A stretch of 64,000 nt of DNA from Eledone cirrhosa (GCA_964016885.1 OZ024754.1:3162001-3226000); one strand, 5' to 3'; shown: positions 14,641 through 28,580, counted from the first letter of the stretch. Numbers and translations: made by a program. The notes: generated by a model from the sequence alone, not told the origin.

Positions 14641-15039
14641 CACAGACATATATACAGATGTACACGCAGACACACAGACATATACATAGATGTACACACA
14701 GACATACACACAAATATATATACAAATGTACACAAAAGCATACACACAGATGTGCACAATGACGTACACACACACATACACACACACACGCATACATACA
14801 TACATACATACATACACACAAACACACACACAAACACACACACATATGTACCGTCTAGCCAATTAAAAACTCAAAAGACCTGATTCTACACGAAACTATG
14901 GTAAATGACACCCCAAAAGATGTCACACAGTGGGAACGAACCCGAGACCTAATGATTACCAAGAAAACATTTCTAACCATTCTGCCATGCTATACTATAT
15001 GTTAACCAATAACATAGAAATATATTCTACGGTGTAAAC

Positions 15040-16012
15040 CAGGCATGGGCAACCTATTTCGAGAAGCGGGCCGCATGAGATATGGCTCATCACCAGAAGG
15101 GCCGCATGAGATATGGCTCATCATCAGGCGGGCCGCATGAGATATGGCTCATCACCAGAAGGGCCACATGAGATATGGCTCATCACCAGAAGGGCCGCAT
15201 GAGATATGGCTCATCACCAGAAGGGCCGCATGAGATATGGCTCATCATCAGGCGGGCCGCATGAGATATGGCTCATCATCAGGCGGGCCGCATGAGATAT
15301 GGCTCATCATCAGGCGGGCCGCATGAGATATGGCTCATCATCAGGCGGGCCACATGAGATATGGCTCATCATCAGACGGGCCGCATGAGATATGGCTCAT
15401 CATCAGGCGGGCCGCATGAGATATGGCTCATCATCAGGCGGGCCGCATGAGATATGGCTCATCATCAGGCGGGCCGCATGAGATATGGCTCATCACCAGG
15501 CGGGCCGCATGAGATATGACTCATCATCAGGCGGTCCGCATGAGATATGGCTCATCATCAGAAGGGCCGCATGAGATATGGCTCATCATCAGGCGGTCCG
15601 CATGAGATATGGCTCATCATCAGGCGGTCCGCATGAGATATGGCTCATCATCAGGCGGTCCGCATGAGATATGGCTCATCATCAGAAGGGCCGCATGAGA
15701 TATGGCTCATCATCAGGCGGTCCGCATGAGATATGGCTCATCATCAGGCGGTCCGCATGAGATATGGTTCATCATCAGGCGGTCCCCAAGCGCTAATTTA
15801 CATTCATGCCCATATAAAAAAAACAAACAGTAACTCAGGTTGTTTTGATTAGATTCTTCAGAATCCGTACACGTTGTTTTCCTCGATTGTAAAAATAATA
15901 GAAAGATAAATTACGACTGAAGAGTTGGGGCAAAAAAATTAGTAAGATTTCACTTAGGTAACTTAGGTGAGGCATTCAGAAAGCTTCGCGGGCCGCAGGT
16001 TGCCTATGACTG
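15040..16012. mobile_element. hAT-type MITE with internal minisatellite
   Basis: TIRs CAGGCATGGGCAACCT / AGGTTGCCTATGACTG; perfect 8-bp TSD GTGTAAAC (15032-15039, 16013-16020). Confidence 0.92.
15068..15785. repeat. Minisatellite, 31-bp unit, about 23 copies, inside hAT MITE
   Basis: GGGCCGCATGAGATATGGCTCATCATCAGGC unit. Confidence 0.97.
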
Positions 16013-16367
16013 GTGTAAACGTACAGATTAATAATTTAAACACCTAAAAAACCGCGGTATAGCAAGGAATGGTGAGTGTGTCACATCACAGCATTAGAAG
16101 ATATTGAAACCTTTTGTTTCCCACGCTTGTTATTTACTATTTCTAGTGAAAGTCTGTATGAGTAAGAACTCGATATTGTGACTTAAAATAATTGTTGTAT
16201 TGCTATAAATAGACCCGAGAAATCTACTGCGCAATGTTTCATCGTAGAAAAAAAAAGAAGCTTTTTGTTGACAAACCTACAGTTTAACGTTCGTGGCACG
16301 TGCCTGACACACACACACACACACTCAGATGCACACACACTCAGATGCACACACACACTCAGATGCA

Positions 16368-16403
<36 letters not shown>

Positions 16404-16742
16404 ACACCCACCCCTCCACTATATATATATATCCTGTAGAGATGGGCTTCATCAGGTTTAAAATTGCCCTAGAAACGCAGTATGTAAATTTGGCGCTCCC
16501 AAGAATTTCTCAGGAGTTACAGGACCAATATTTCTTGGGTGGAATCCATCTCCTATACAGTATATATCCTGTATAGGTTTAAAATTTCCCTAGAAACGCA
16601 GTATGTCAATTGGGCGTTCCTACGCCGTCCCCAAGAGTTACGGGGCCATGCATATATATATTTAATAAATGAAACAAGACAAATCACAGGAAGTAAAATT
16701 ACGCAGTTATATTAGGTTCACGCTTGGAGGAAGTGGAGGAGG

Positions 16743-16778
16743 TTTCAACGTTTCGGACAGAAGTCCTTCTTCATGAAA
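16743..16778 (-). ncRNA. Minimal hammerhead motif, C3 mutated
   Basis: TTTC-aTGAAGA-a-GGAC ttct GTCC-GAAA-CG-TT-GAAA. Confidence 0.6.
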
Positions 16779-17044
16779 ATTCTGATAAGTAGAGAACAGA
16801 TGGACGTGTGAGTAGTGTGAGAAGGTTAGGAAAGGAAGTTACGAAAATGGGGTTGGGAGGAGAAAGTGAACAGAGGAAAATGAAAACATCTATTGAGTAA
16901 TTGAGTAAAAAGGTGGAGTTATTTATTGGTGAATCTAAGATTTGAAACGACGTTCAAATGATCGGGTGATTTGAGATAACATAGCAAGAATCAGTGATAT
17001 AATGAACTATAAATGGAAAGAAGTTGGAAAATACTCCGGGATGG

Positions 17045-17220
17045 ACATACAGAGACATACGAAGTCATACGAAGTCATACGGAGACAGACGTAGTCATAC
17101 GAAGTCATACGGAGACAGACGAAGTCATACGGAGTCATACGAAGTCATACGGAGTTATACATACGGAGACAGACGGAGTCATACGAAGTTATAGTCATAC
17201 GGAGATCAAGGGAGTCAAAC
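17045..17220. repeat. Short 10/30-bp tandem repeat
   Basis: CATACGAAGT / CATACGGAGACAGACG units. Confidence 0.85.
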
Positions 17221-17366
17221 GATGATCAACGAAGACATACGAAAATCAACGGAGTCATCCGCTGAGTTGTCCGAGGCATTGGTGTGAATATAAAGAGTAA
17301 ACGCATACAAAAGTGGGGCAACATACAAGCGTGATGCAAAAATAGGAAAGAAAGAAAGTGTAGGTG

Positions 17367-17425
<59 letters not shown>

Positions 17426-17496
17426 ATTTCTCTCTGCTTTTTAGCCTCTTGGATTGTGTTTGCCATTATTCCTTCATTATATAACTTTTATGCAAT

Positions 17497-17558
17497 AAAC
17501 ACCTGATGATGTCACCAGGATCCTACGGGACTTGGTCATTGAAATGTGAATAGTGTTT
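17497..17558 (+). ncRNA. Hammerhead motif with extended stem II
   Basis: AAACAC-CTGATGA-[31 nt]-GAAA-tgtgaa-TA-GTGTTT; homolog of 30213-30270. Confidence 0.7.
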
Positions 17559-17613
17559 GCTATAATAAATCTTTGAAGGAATTTCACCAGTCCGGTGTCC
17601 TGTCATTTTACTC

Positions 17614-17653
<40 letters not shown>

Positions 17654-18095
17654 AGATTTGAATGGATACAGTTTAGTTGAAAGGAATTTATTGACACGTG
17701 TTTCTATAACAGTTACATAACCTAAAACAGCTATCTACAAACTTTTATATATATATACATTAATAACATGTATGTTCCAGCCTTTTTCTCACCAAGTAGA
17801 AATAGTAGCCATAGTAATGATAGCCAGACGTGAGGTCACACCACACGTGACCTAGACAGGAATTGACACTATAACATTTTGTAAATCGGCTGCTTAGAAA
17901 TTCCACTATTAATTATTTTCTACATTTCTTTCTGTCAGTTAATATATATTTATTCTGCAAAATGTCCTCACTTAATATGGATATAATTTGATGAAATATG
18001 GAATATCATTGTTAAATAATGTTTACATTTGAAATTAAAATTAAAACTCTTGTGGAAGTTCTCGCATTGGTTCAAACGACAGAATACTTAGCCTA

Positions 18096-18260
18096 GCCTC
18101 GTGAGCTGGAATGGCTGCTCTTCCAGCGCGTCTCCCTCACCAACCTCCGGGAAAAACGCCTTCTCTATTCTGTCTGCAAGGGCCGTAGGACGGACAACAC
18201 GTGGCCCCCCCCCCCCCCCCGCCATTTGCTCATAATAGCGAGAGATGGAGAGAGTTTGGT
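18096..18260 (+). mobile_element. Second CRE-like LINE 3' remnant
   Basis: PRELEWLLFQRVSLTNLR..NAFSILSA (frameshifted), homologous to 10974-11110. Confidence 0.7.
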
Positions 18261-18465
18261 TCTTTTGTGTTCGGACCTGGTGTTTAATATATATATATAT
18301 ATATATTAGGATTGGTGCTCTGAAATAGCGATGTATACATGAATGTATGTATAATATATTTGGCAATATACCGTATGTTTAATTAAAAACATTTAGAAGA
18401 CCATATACGCTATCAGTTTTAAAGTAGTGACTATGTCACTTCTTTTCGGCGAAAGAAGGGAGAGA

Positions 18466-18507
18466 AGCTGACAGTCTGTTTCACGCTAGTTGGCGTTCAT
18501 CAGAGCC
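18466..18507 (-). ncRNA. Type I hammerhead ribozyme motif
   Basis: GGCT-CTGATGA-ACGC caacta GCGT-GAAA-CAGACTG-TC-AGCT, GUC site; decayed homolog at about 54198-54242. Confidence 0.8.
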
Positions 18508-18561
18508 ACGTACTCCCCTGCTTTCGCTGAAAATTATAGAAGCAGGATTCTTATAGAAATG

Positions 18562-18613
<52 letters not shown>

Positions 18614-19001
18614 TATAAGGTAAAGTAGAAAAAAGCCTATAATCAATGGATAGTGAACAATGCTGTCATATAAAACATGTCCACATAATGTGTCTTTATA
18701 GGACCGTATCTGGAAGGTGTTACTGGCAAGCCAGGTCCTTCTCGTATTTCCACAAACAAACATTTGGTGCCTTCAAGCAATGTTTATTTAAATGGACAGG
18801 CATATAATATATTCCCAGACATATGACTTCATTTTATTTTCATTTAAATAATTTTTTCTCAAATGTGATGTAATTTTTATTTATAATTTATTACAATTTT
18901 CTTTCAGTCGACACACATGAAATTGTTTTCCTAGTCTTATGTTAAATAACCAAAACACATAGTGTCTGGATAAATATCATGACAAATGTGTGTGTAAATG
19001 G

Positions 19002-19052
<51 letters not shown>

Positions 19053-19427
19053 TATTTGTTTGTAAGTGCGTATGTGTGTACGTGCATGTGCGAAAACAGT
19101 CGATTCATCTCGCCACCACCAGGAGAACTGTTGAAGATATATATATATATATATATATATGTTTATTCCGGGGTCAATCGGGGGTAACCACAGTAAGTAA
19201 GGTACTCAATACATAGCAGAGTATAAATATTTAATATAGAAATGGCTTCTACAGGACTAGAACTGTTTCATTCCGGAGAAATCCTTAGAAATGAAACAGT
19301 TCTAGTCCTGTAGAAGCCATTTCTATACATATATATAAGGGAACACAGAATGAGTGTTGCATCATATACATATTTAATTACATATGTTTCACTGCCGATC
19401 AGCTCGAGGAACGATCGAATACTGCCT

Positions 19428-19465
<38 letters not shown>

Positions 19466-19524
19466 GTATATACTCTATCCAAATTGAAACGACCGTAGAT
19501 GTATAAATAATACTAATACTAATC

Positions 19525-19594
<70 letters not shown>

Positions 19595-19900
19595 ATGCAC
19601 GTATGTGAAAGGGGATGTCGGTGGGAATGGTCTCACATTTGTAATGTATCTACATTGTTAATTATTGGTAAATTCAACCAAAAACATGTTATTAATCCGA
19701 GTACTTCTCAGTTTACTAGGCAAGCTGAATGTCAACACAGAAGATAGACGTTTTCAAATGAAATATAAGATTCCCTTTGAATGTGAAGAGCATGGCGTTC
19801 ATGCCTTTCCCGTGGTCATATTTTATTCTTTTGCGTTAACCTTTATAATGGGTGGTACACTTTGGAGCGTTTGTGTGTGAGTGTCATATGCGTGTGTATG

Positions 19901-19957
<57 letters not shown>

Positions 19958-19996
19958 TATATTAACAAATGGAAACTATATTTATAAAACCATATT

Positions 19997-20062
19997 TATT
20001 TCATTATACATATTTCAAGGGCCACCAGAGCAAACTATGGTGCGCTTTCATCAGATAAAATA
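19997..20062 (-). ncRNA. Hammerhead motif (left arm of inverted repeat)
   Basis: Reverse complement of 20171-20236. Confidence 0.8.
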
Positions 20063-20170
20063 TAATATAGGTTAGTTTTATAAATAAATATTGACATACC
20101 CTTAAAAAATGCAACCATTCTGGTTGGAATCTCCTGGATAAATATTTAATTATAAAACTAACCTATATTA

Positions 20171-20236
20171 TATTTTATCTGATGAAAGCGCACCATAGTT
20201 TGCTCTGGTGGCCCTTGAAATATGTATAATGAAATA
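20171..20236 (+). ncRNA. Hammerhead motif (right arm of inverted repeat)
   Basis: TATTTTAT-CTGATGA-AAGCGCACCA...TGGTGGCCCTT-GAAA-TATGTA-TA-ATGAAATA. Confidence 0.8.
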
Positions 20237-21351
20237 AATATGGTTTTATAAATATAGTTTCCATTTGTTAATATATTGTATATTTACTTCAATAATTTGT
20301 TGAGTGCTTTATATCAGTTATAAAAATATTTAGCTTGTTGTATCCCAACAAATTAAATATAACCTCTATATATGTATATATATGTGTGTTTTTGTGTATA
20401 TATATATGTTTGTATGTGTGTGTATGTGTGCGCATATATTTATGTGTATGTGGGTGTGTGCGTGTGTATATGTGTGTGTGTGTTTAATTTAGGTTCTTCG
20501 AGTGCTTCAAAATAGATTAGATTTGCATGCATTTCCCAAGTATATTATCAGATTAAATGAAATAACTAAGACCAAGATTCAGAACTGCAGACCTGTCTAC
20601 TTTCCTCGTCCGACGGGGAGATCACCCACCCACTTTCGAGTGGGTGAGAGATATCTGCTCTTGTGAAAATTGGTATAGCTTTCATTATGTAAAATCTCTC
20701 CCATTTTGCCTCATTTCTCCTCGTTTTAGGGAACATTTTTCATGGTACTCTCCGTTTGCGTTTTTAGAGATGGCAGGTCTGGAACCAGGATCACAAATAT
20801 TTACTCGACCAAAGCCATTTTCCGACTCTTTTTTTTTTTTTTTTTTTTTCTGCCGCCATTTTCCCGACGCCATTTTCAGACGCCATTGCTGACTCCATTT
20901 GCAATATTACTAACAATTATTATCATTATATTAGTTATGAAGGATGTTAAGTCACTTAAAAACAAATGATAACTTGATAGACTGCAGTAATATAACATTA
21001 GTTATTTCAGGAACCTTATTACATAGAAAAGTGGTTTCTTTTACAATTGAAAGGAAACCGAAGCAATTATAGAATATGTAATCTAATATATAAGGAAAGT
21101 AGCAATATTATATTCTTGTTTTTTAAGTATATTTTTTGTGTATTGTACACAATATGTATATATGTATAATTCTATATGTATGTATAACACACACACATAC
21201 ATACATATATACATACATACGGATGTATATGAAAGCATATACTAGATATATATATATATATATATACAATAGACATAGGGGAGCCTCGCCACCAAAACGC
21301 TCTGTTAAGAGCGTAAGAGCGTTTTCTTTTATCTCGTCTCCCGAAACTCTT

Positions 21352-21500
21352 GGACGCCATGCTTTGACGCACAGAGTTACGGCCCTTTATGATCCCGCCG
21401 AGGTTAGTTTTTCCTTTCATTCTTACGGGGGCCGATAAAATAAAGTACCAGTAATGCACTGGGTAATTGCTGGCCTTGTGCCAAATGTAAAAACAATTAT
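21352..21500 (+). mobile_element. SINE family 1, partial
   Basis: Homologous core and tail. Confidence 0.75.
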
Positions 21501-21553
21501 ATATATATATATATATAGAGAGAGAAGGATGATATGCGCATGCACAGAGATAC

Positions 21554-21710
21554 TATAAAATAGAGTGAAGACCCTTAGAAAACGGATAGAGAAGTTGTCA
21601 TTGGCTGCTATGAGGAATTGAACCTTATATCTCCCAGATCTTGCTTCAATCCCTCATAGGCAGATGTTAACTTCTTTGCCCGTCTTTAAGGGTCTTAACT
21701 CTATTTTATA
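21554..21710. mobile_element. Hairpin MITE-like element
   Basis: About 70-bp imperfect TIRs TATAAAATAGAGT.AAGACCCTTA / TAAGGGTCTTAACTCTATTTTATA. Confidence 0.6.
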
Positions 21711-21737
21711 AACATTGTTTAGAGCATCTCTTGTTTT

Positions 21738-22072
21738 TCTTAATATGGTAGATTATAACCTGAGTAAGTTTATACAAGATGTCGAGCAAAGGGGTTGAAC
21801 TAGCTCTTAATATGGTAGATTATAACCTGAGTATGTTTATACAAGATGTCGAACAAAGGGGTTGAACTAGCTCTTAATATGGTAGATTATAACCTGAGTA
21901 AGTTTATACAAGATGTCGAACAAAGGGGTTGAACTAGCTCTTAATATGTTAGATTATAACCTGAGTAAGTTTATACAAGATGTCGAGCAAAGGGGTTGAA
22001 CTAGCTCTTAATATGGTAGATTATAACCTGAGTAAGTTTATACAAGATGTCGAACAAAGGGGTTGAACTAGC
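21738..22072. repeat. Minisatellite, 67-bp unit, 5 copies
   Basis: TCTTAATATGGTAGATTATAACCTGAG...GGGGTTGAACTAGC; continues into a minus-strand tRNA-like SINE head. Confidence 0.95.
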
Positions 22073-22638
22073 GACCTTGCGATTGCTAAGCTAAATTCTT
22101 AACCATTTACTCATGCGGCGCCCACGTATATATTGTAAGACACAAACTATAGACATTTGGTAAATCTTGTGGTTCTTGTAATTTATTCATAATTCATTTT
22201 TCTTATTTTCTTCTTGATTTTTCTTTTTTAAACATCGAAATAAACTTTAAACGAAGCGTTTCAACTCAGTTGGGGATTACTTCTCACAAACATAGCCTAG
22301 AAAGTACAATGGTAGACTTCAAGAAGAAACAAACCGTTCCGTTTAGCATATATATACACACACGCGCGCACTCACACGCACGCACACACACACACACGCA
22401 CACACACACACACACATGTATGTAAAAGATAAACAGAAATAACAAAACAAACGACATGGAAAAAATATATTAGTTTAACGCTTATAAATATATATATATA
22501 TGTATATAATTGTTTCTACTTTAGGCACAAGGCCAGCAATTACCCAGTGCATTACTGGTACTTTATTTTATCGACCCCGTATATAAATATGTATATAAAT
22601 ATGTATATATGTATATAAATATGTGTATATGTATATAA

Positions 22639-22676
<38 letters not shown>

Positions 22677-22692
22677 ATATGTATATAAATAC

Positions 22693-22735
<43 letters not shown>

Positions 22736-24383
22736 AATATGTATATATGTGTGTGTGTTTATTTATCTTATTTGGTTGGTGTCTATTTGTTTCAGATAAA
22801 TGATTTAATAAACACTCTAGTATAGAACAACGTTTGATTTGTATCAGATGGCATTCATTATATATGTATTATATATGTATTATATATGTATATATATGTA
22901 TATATATGTATTATATATGTATTATATATGTATTATATATGTATTATATATGTATGTGTATTAGGGAAATGGATTAGATATGCTTTACGTTCTGAGTTCA
23001 AATCCTGCCAAAGTCAGCTTTGCCTTCCATGGGTCGATAAAATACAGGGTCGATAAAATAAAATACCAGTGGCGCACTGGGGTGGATTTAATCGTCTGTC
23101 CTCTTCTCCCCCTCTGTACCCAACATGCTCTCAATGTCTCACCTCCTTTCTAGAGGAAGGACTTATGTCGGATACGTTGAGACATTTATTTAGTTCTTTT
23201 TTCTTATCTTCATTTCCAGGCGTGAACCTAAAAAGATTTTCGTTGGTGTATCTTTTCGTTTATCTCGTTTACGTGTACACACACTCTCTCACTCACTCTC
23301 TCACTCACACACACACTCACTCACACACTCACTCACTCACTCACTCACTCACACACTCACACACTCACTCACTCACTCACTCACTCACTCACTCACTCAC
23401 TCACTCACTCACTCACTCACTCACTCACTCACTCACTCACTCACTCACTCACTCTCTCACTCTCTCACACACTCTCTCACACACTCACTCTCTCACACAC
23501 TCTCTCACACACTCACTCTCTCACTCACTCACTCACACACACACTCACTCACTCACTCACTCACTCACTCACTCACTCACTCACTCACTCACTCACTCAC
23601 TCACTCACTCACTCCCACACTCCCACACTCACTCCCACACTCACTCCCACACTCACTCCCACACTCACTCTCTCACTCACTCACACTTATATAACGAGAT
23701 TTTTTTACATTAAGGTTTTTATTGATTAGGCTCAGTTACGAACGTTTGATCAATGGGGGCTCAGGATCCATTATGTATGTATATAATGTCTGTATATTTT
23801 TAGTATGTGGGTGTGCGTGGCGGTTGTGTGCATCTCTCTCTCTCCCTCCCTCCCCCTCTCCCCCTCTCCCTCCTGTGTCTGTAACAAAGTAAAAAAATAC
23901 AGTACATGTAATTTGTTTTTAATTGTATTAAAATATAAAACCTTAAATAAAAATCAGATGTTACGCAAGTTAAAAGATGGAAATATCCAGATAACAAAGA
24001 AACATAATGACATTTTGAGAAGGTATTTCCTAAAAATTAAATAACAATGTCACGAAATACTTAAGTGGGAGTGGACAGAGCAAAGCATGTAAAAAGGGGT
24101 TCCCAATTACGTAAAAAGGAAAAAGGAGAAAATTGGTCATTGGTAATTGACCCACAAATAAAGCATTGTTAATGTTATAAAGAGGTTGATATGAAATTTA
24201 AGAAAGTAATGACTGCATCAATTAGAGAGAGAAATATTGTATCTGAGTTTCGTATGAAACCGATTCAATGGAATTTTCAAGTAGATGAATTTCCGGGCGG
24301 AAATTTACATTTACATTATTTTATTTTATTTTACTTTGCTTTGCTCATATAAAACAAATAAAGTTGATTTCGTCAAATAACTC

Positions 24384-24455
<72 letters not shown>

Positions 24456-24580
24456 AACTAACAGATTAAAGAATCGCTGCTTTCACCCTTAACGGGATCT
24501 GAAACTACGGTTTTTTATATATATATATATTTATCCTTATCGAGCTCTCTTCGGATTTTAGTCTTCACATCTATTATTAT

Positions 24581-24633
<53 letters not shown>

Positions 24634-25860
24634 ATTGAGTATTAATCGAAGTTGTAGCCGCAATATACCAGATACTAATCGAATTGTCTGAGGCGGTCAC
24701 AAAGCACTCAATGGAACGCGAAGTTAAAACATTTTCGTCCAGAGTAAACACAAAATTAAGAAAGTGTGACACCAGGAAAATTGACCAAAATGGTGACTTT
24801 AATCCCTATGTATGGCTGTGGGAGTAGGGTTCTTACAGACGAGCCAGAGCCGAAAACAAGCAGCTTTGTCACAGAGCAAGTCAAAAAATATCCTAGCAGA
24901 AAGAAACTCCTCCTTGCAACGATGAAAAGACGGAATCTCGCCTTTAATTCACATTGCTCCAGCTTCCTCAGCTGTAGAAATGAATTGCTCTCATGTCACT
25001 GGAGCCAAACTGTATCGGACATTGCCTTTCCCTTGGACAGCCTCATATAAGGTGTATATAGAGTGTATGCTCTCGTGTCACTGGTGCCAAGCTGTATCGG
25101 ACATTGCCTTTCCCTTGGACAGCATCTTGCCCTGGCTTGTGTCTTGAAGAGGTACTTTCTAAGTACAAATCCCATGGTCACTCGCGATCGAAGGGGGTCT
25201 TTACTCTTTATATTCAATCCTACAAATCTAAGTTCTTTAATAATATAATAATATCATTAATATTCCGTTTGTTTGCAAGGAAATATAATATTATTCACTC
25301 ACCAATACATTTAGGTATCCACCATGCTAGAGGGGAAAAAAAATTGATTATAAATTTAAGTTCATTTTTTCTTCAACGAGTCGCTCATCATAAATGGATT
25401 GATTCCTTCAATATCTGCCAAAGTTTTATCTTGGTTTATTTTTCTAGATTTTCTAAGTACAGGTTAATATTTCTATATTCCAGTGCATCTTACTATGTAA
25501 TTATAATAATTATTCCTAATATTTAAAATATTTGGAATGTAGATAATAGTTCCTCTGGCAAACTTGGAAAGGAAACGGAAATATCCTTATCTTAAACATT
25601 TCTTAAACCTCTCCCAATATATTTCACTCTTATAATACAAAGATTTGTTTTTTTAACTTCCTCGTACAATTACTCGAATATTTTACTTCACTTTTTTGTT
25701 TTATTTCGCTCAGGGGTTGCTTGTCTCGTACCATATATATTTACGTATATGGTGACCTAAAACTTGTACATCTACGAGGTGGTTATTTGACTACCAAGAA
25801 ATAGTAGCTAAATCTTTCTCAAATCAAGCTCTACCATTTCAAAACGTATATATTGGATAA

Positions 25861-26000
25861 TAATTTTCTACTTTTGGCACAAGGTCAGCAATTATCCCAC
25901 TGCATTACTGGTACTTTATTTTATCGACCTCGTAAGGATGAAAGGCAAAGTTAACTTCGGCGGGATTTGAACTCAGATCGTAAAGGGGCGTAACTCTATG
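25861..26000 (-). mobile_element. SINE family 1, 5'-truncated
   Basis: Homolog. Confidence 0.8.
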
Positions 26001-26735
26001 ACTGATGTAAGGGCTAACAGATAAGATAGTCTCTGTTGAACACCTTGGACGATATGTCTGTTCTATTGAAGCCGATCTGGGGTTAAACAAAAGCAACAAC
26101 AAAAGCTCAATGTCTGTTTGTTTGTTTTTATGCTCGTTTCTTTTCTTTCTTTTTTGGTATTTTTTTTGCTCATTTTTTTTTTTTTTTGCTCATTTCTTTT
26201 TTTTAATCTGAAAATTAATGACCGGTAAAGAAATAAACGAAGTTATAATTGTTACTAGTAACGCCCTTGTAAAAGAAGCCCCATTGACATAGCAAATGGC
26301 AAGGGCCACACTATAACCCGACTCTCTTTTCAGATGTCAGGTTTAAGTGCCTACTTCAGCATTATTTTTTTTTACGTGTTAAGTAAGTGTTGTTTCAGTT
26401 CTTGTTCCATTTGTGGCCAAATATAAACAGATATAGAGATATCGTCACAAATAAGTTAATAAGATAAGGTGTGGTTTATTACATACATCATAGGACTTCG
26501 CCCATTTCTTCAAGAAATTCAGAAAAATATCTGTTAGAATTGTAATATCTTTTAGTAGAAATACGGGGAGTGATGCCAGCTACCGAAGGTAACATATCAA
26601 TTTTACAAAGTCTCAATTCATACAACAGTATATACTTGTACAAACGGGGAAAGGAAATTACGCAATTTTCAAAGAATTTTCCGGAATAGTTTAAATAACT
26701 AAACTTAGCGTATTCAACATACACACTTACATACA

Positions 26736-26799
<64 letters not shown>

Positions 26800-26852
26800 C
26801 CATGTAGAAAGAATGAGCCCCTCATTCTTGTTCTTGAGTTGGCATGTAAACA

Positions 26853-26902
26853 GAACTGCAGACACTAATGTTTCTGGGTATTACTCTTCATCAGTACAGT
26901 TC
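26853..26902 (-). ncRNA. Type I hammerhead motif
   Basis: GAACTGTA-CTGATGA-agagtaataccca-GAAA-CATTAGTG-TC-TGCAGTTC; 8-bp stem I, GUC site, stem II partly decayed. Confidence 0.75.
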
Positions 26903-27116
26903 ACTGTTCACCTGTCAGAGCTAGTGAAAATATATTATATATATATTAGATATTAAATTAACAATGAAAATAAAAACAACGAAGTCAAGTTATTTTACCT
27001 ATTCATATCATTGTTTTACGGTCGTTTCGGAGGGTCGATCATATTGATCTATAGCTGTTATATAACTATATACTATCAGACCTCATATACAGGTTCGATC
27101 AGACCGTCTTATTCGG

Positions 27117-27168
<52 letters not shown>

Positions 27169-27171
<3 letters not shown>

Positions 27172-27387
27172 CGAAGGAAGTGTGGTAAGGAACCAGATGG
27201 ACCATAACGCACCAGAGTACTCAATACTTAGGGTAGTAGAGTGGGAAATAGGAAAAAGTATGACCCCGACAATAGGAAAAAGTATGACCCCGACGGCAGA
27301 GCTCAAGCCGTTTCGATGGCTATTTCTGTAGTCCAGAAATAGCCGTCGAAACGGCTTGAGCTATGGCGTCGGGGTCATACTTTTTCC
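27169..27387 (-). mobile_element. Fold-back element, family C (variant with internal 22-bp duplication)
   Basis: Homolog flanked by (TA)n. Confidence 0.75.
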
Positions 27388-28312
27388 GATATATATATAT
27401 ATATATATATGGGGGCGGGGTTAGAACGTCGGATAGAATGCTTTGCGGTATTCGTTCCAAGTCTCTACTCTTTGAGTTCAAATCCCACCGAGGTCAACTT
27501 AACCTTTCATCCATTCGATGTCGATAAAACAGTTTCCAGTCTAGTACTGGGGTTGATTCTTCCTATATATCTCTTTCTCATTTCCTCCCTCTCACTTTCT
27601 TTCTCAGGAAGAAATCTGCTGTACTCAGGTCTGGAGAGGAAATGGCTTCTCACGCATATCTGTCGTTGTACGTAAAAGGAGAGTAAGATTTTCAGGCCAC
27701 TGCCATCATGCCACCAATGAGGCTGTTGTCCCCATTAGTGATTTTGAAACGACAAGCAGTCACTAATAACGGGGCACAAGATTTCCTATCCCGATATCAT
27801 CTCCAGAGATTCTGGTATTGAAATCCAGCACTTGGCAACGGCAACGAACGACAGACCCACGTGGAGATCAATTGTTGAGTCCATTTCGGCTGAGACCGCC
27901 GGGTGATGAGAATGATGATGATGATAATACAAGTAGTTATATCCCCTTCTCTTGATCCGGCATCTAATCTCAACACCTACAAGTTATATCGCTTACTTTT
28001 GACATGACACAAAACAACAAGTATTAGAGATGAAGGATTGACTAGAGATATCGTATTTATCAAACATAGTTTTATGTGGTTATATACTCTTCATTTGACA
28101 CAGCATATCATTTCACAATTCGTTTATTCTGACATGACACACATGATATATTAAGGATGGACAAACGGTCTATTGCTAGTTTCATCTCTTTCACACAATC
28201 AACTGCGTAAATTTTGTTGGGACTTTGTGAGATTGAAAATATATACAAAATCTGGGAAATAATTAAAAGGTTCCGTCGTTGGGGGGGGGGGTGTCTTCTT
28301 ATTTTGATATCA

Positions 28313-28445
28313 TAATTGTTTCTACTTTAGGCACAAGGCTGGCAATTTGAAGGGGAGGGGAAAGTCGATTAAATCGACCTCAGTGCATTACTGGTACTTT
28401 ATATTATCGATCTCGACAGGATTTGAACTCAGAACGTATAGAGCC
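28313..28445 (-). mobile_element. SINE family 1 variant, internally deleted
   Basis: Homologous tail and B box. Confidence 0.7.
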
Positions 28446-28454
28446 ATAATTATT

Positions 28455-28525
28455 TTCATTCTGATGAACAATTTCAGACGTCTGTGTTGAGCTCGTCTAT
28501 CTTCGTGAAACCTTTGGTAAATGGA
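28455..28525 (+). ncRNA. Hammerhead motif with long stem II
   Basis: TTCATT-CTGATGA-AC..AGACG..CGTCT..GT-GAAA-CCtttGG-TA-AATGGA; GUA site. Confidence 0.75.
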
Positions 28526-28580
28526 ATGATTGTTTTATGTTGTTTATTACATAAGATATATATATATATATATATATATT

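Larger units (their letters stand above)
19952..20367 (+). mobile_element. PLE-terminus-like element with inverted arm (family B)
   Basis: About 140-bp inverted arms; homologous to 10490-10758; (TA)n flanks. Confidence 0.72.

Noticed and set aside
13648-14883. Long Cys/Val/Tyr-rich ORFs (also 34055-34874 and others)
   Set aside because: Artefacts of CA/TA repeats that lack stop codons.
15068-15785. CTGATGA in most units on the minus strand (tandem hammerheads or snoRNA boxes)
   Set aside because: No GAAA or stem III, so a hammerhead cannot fold.
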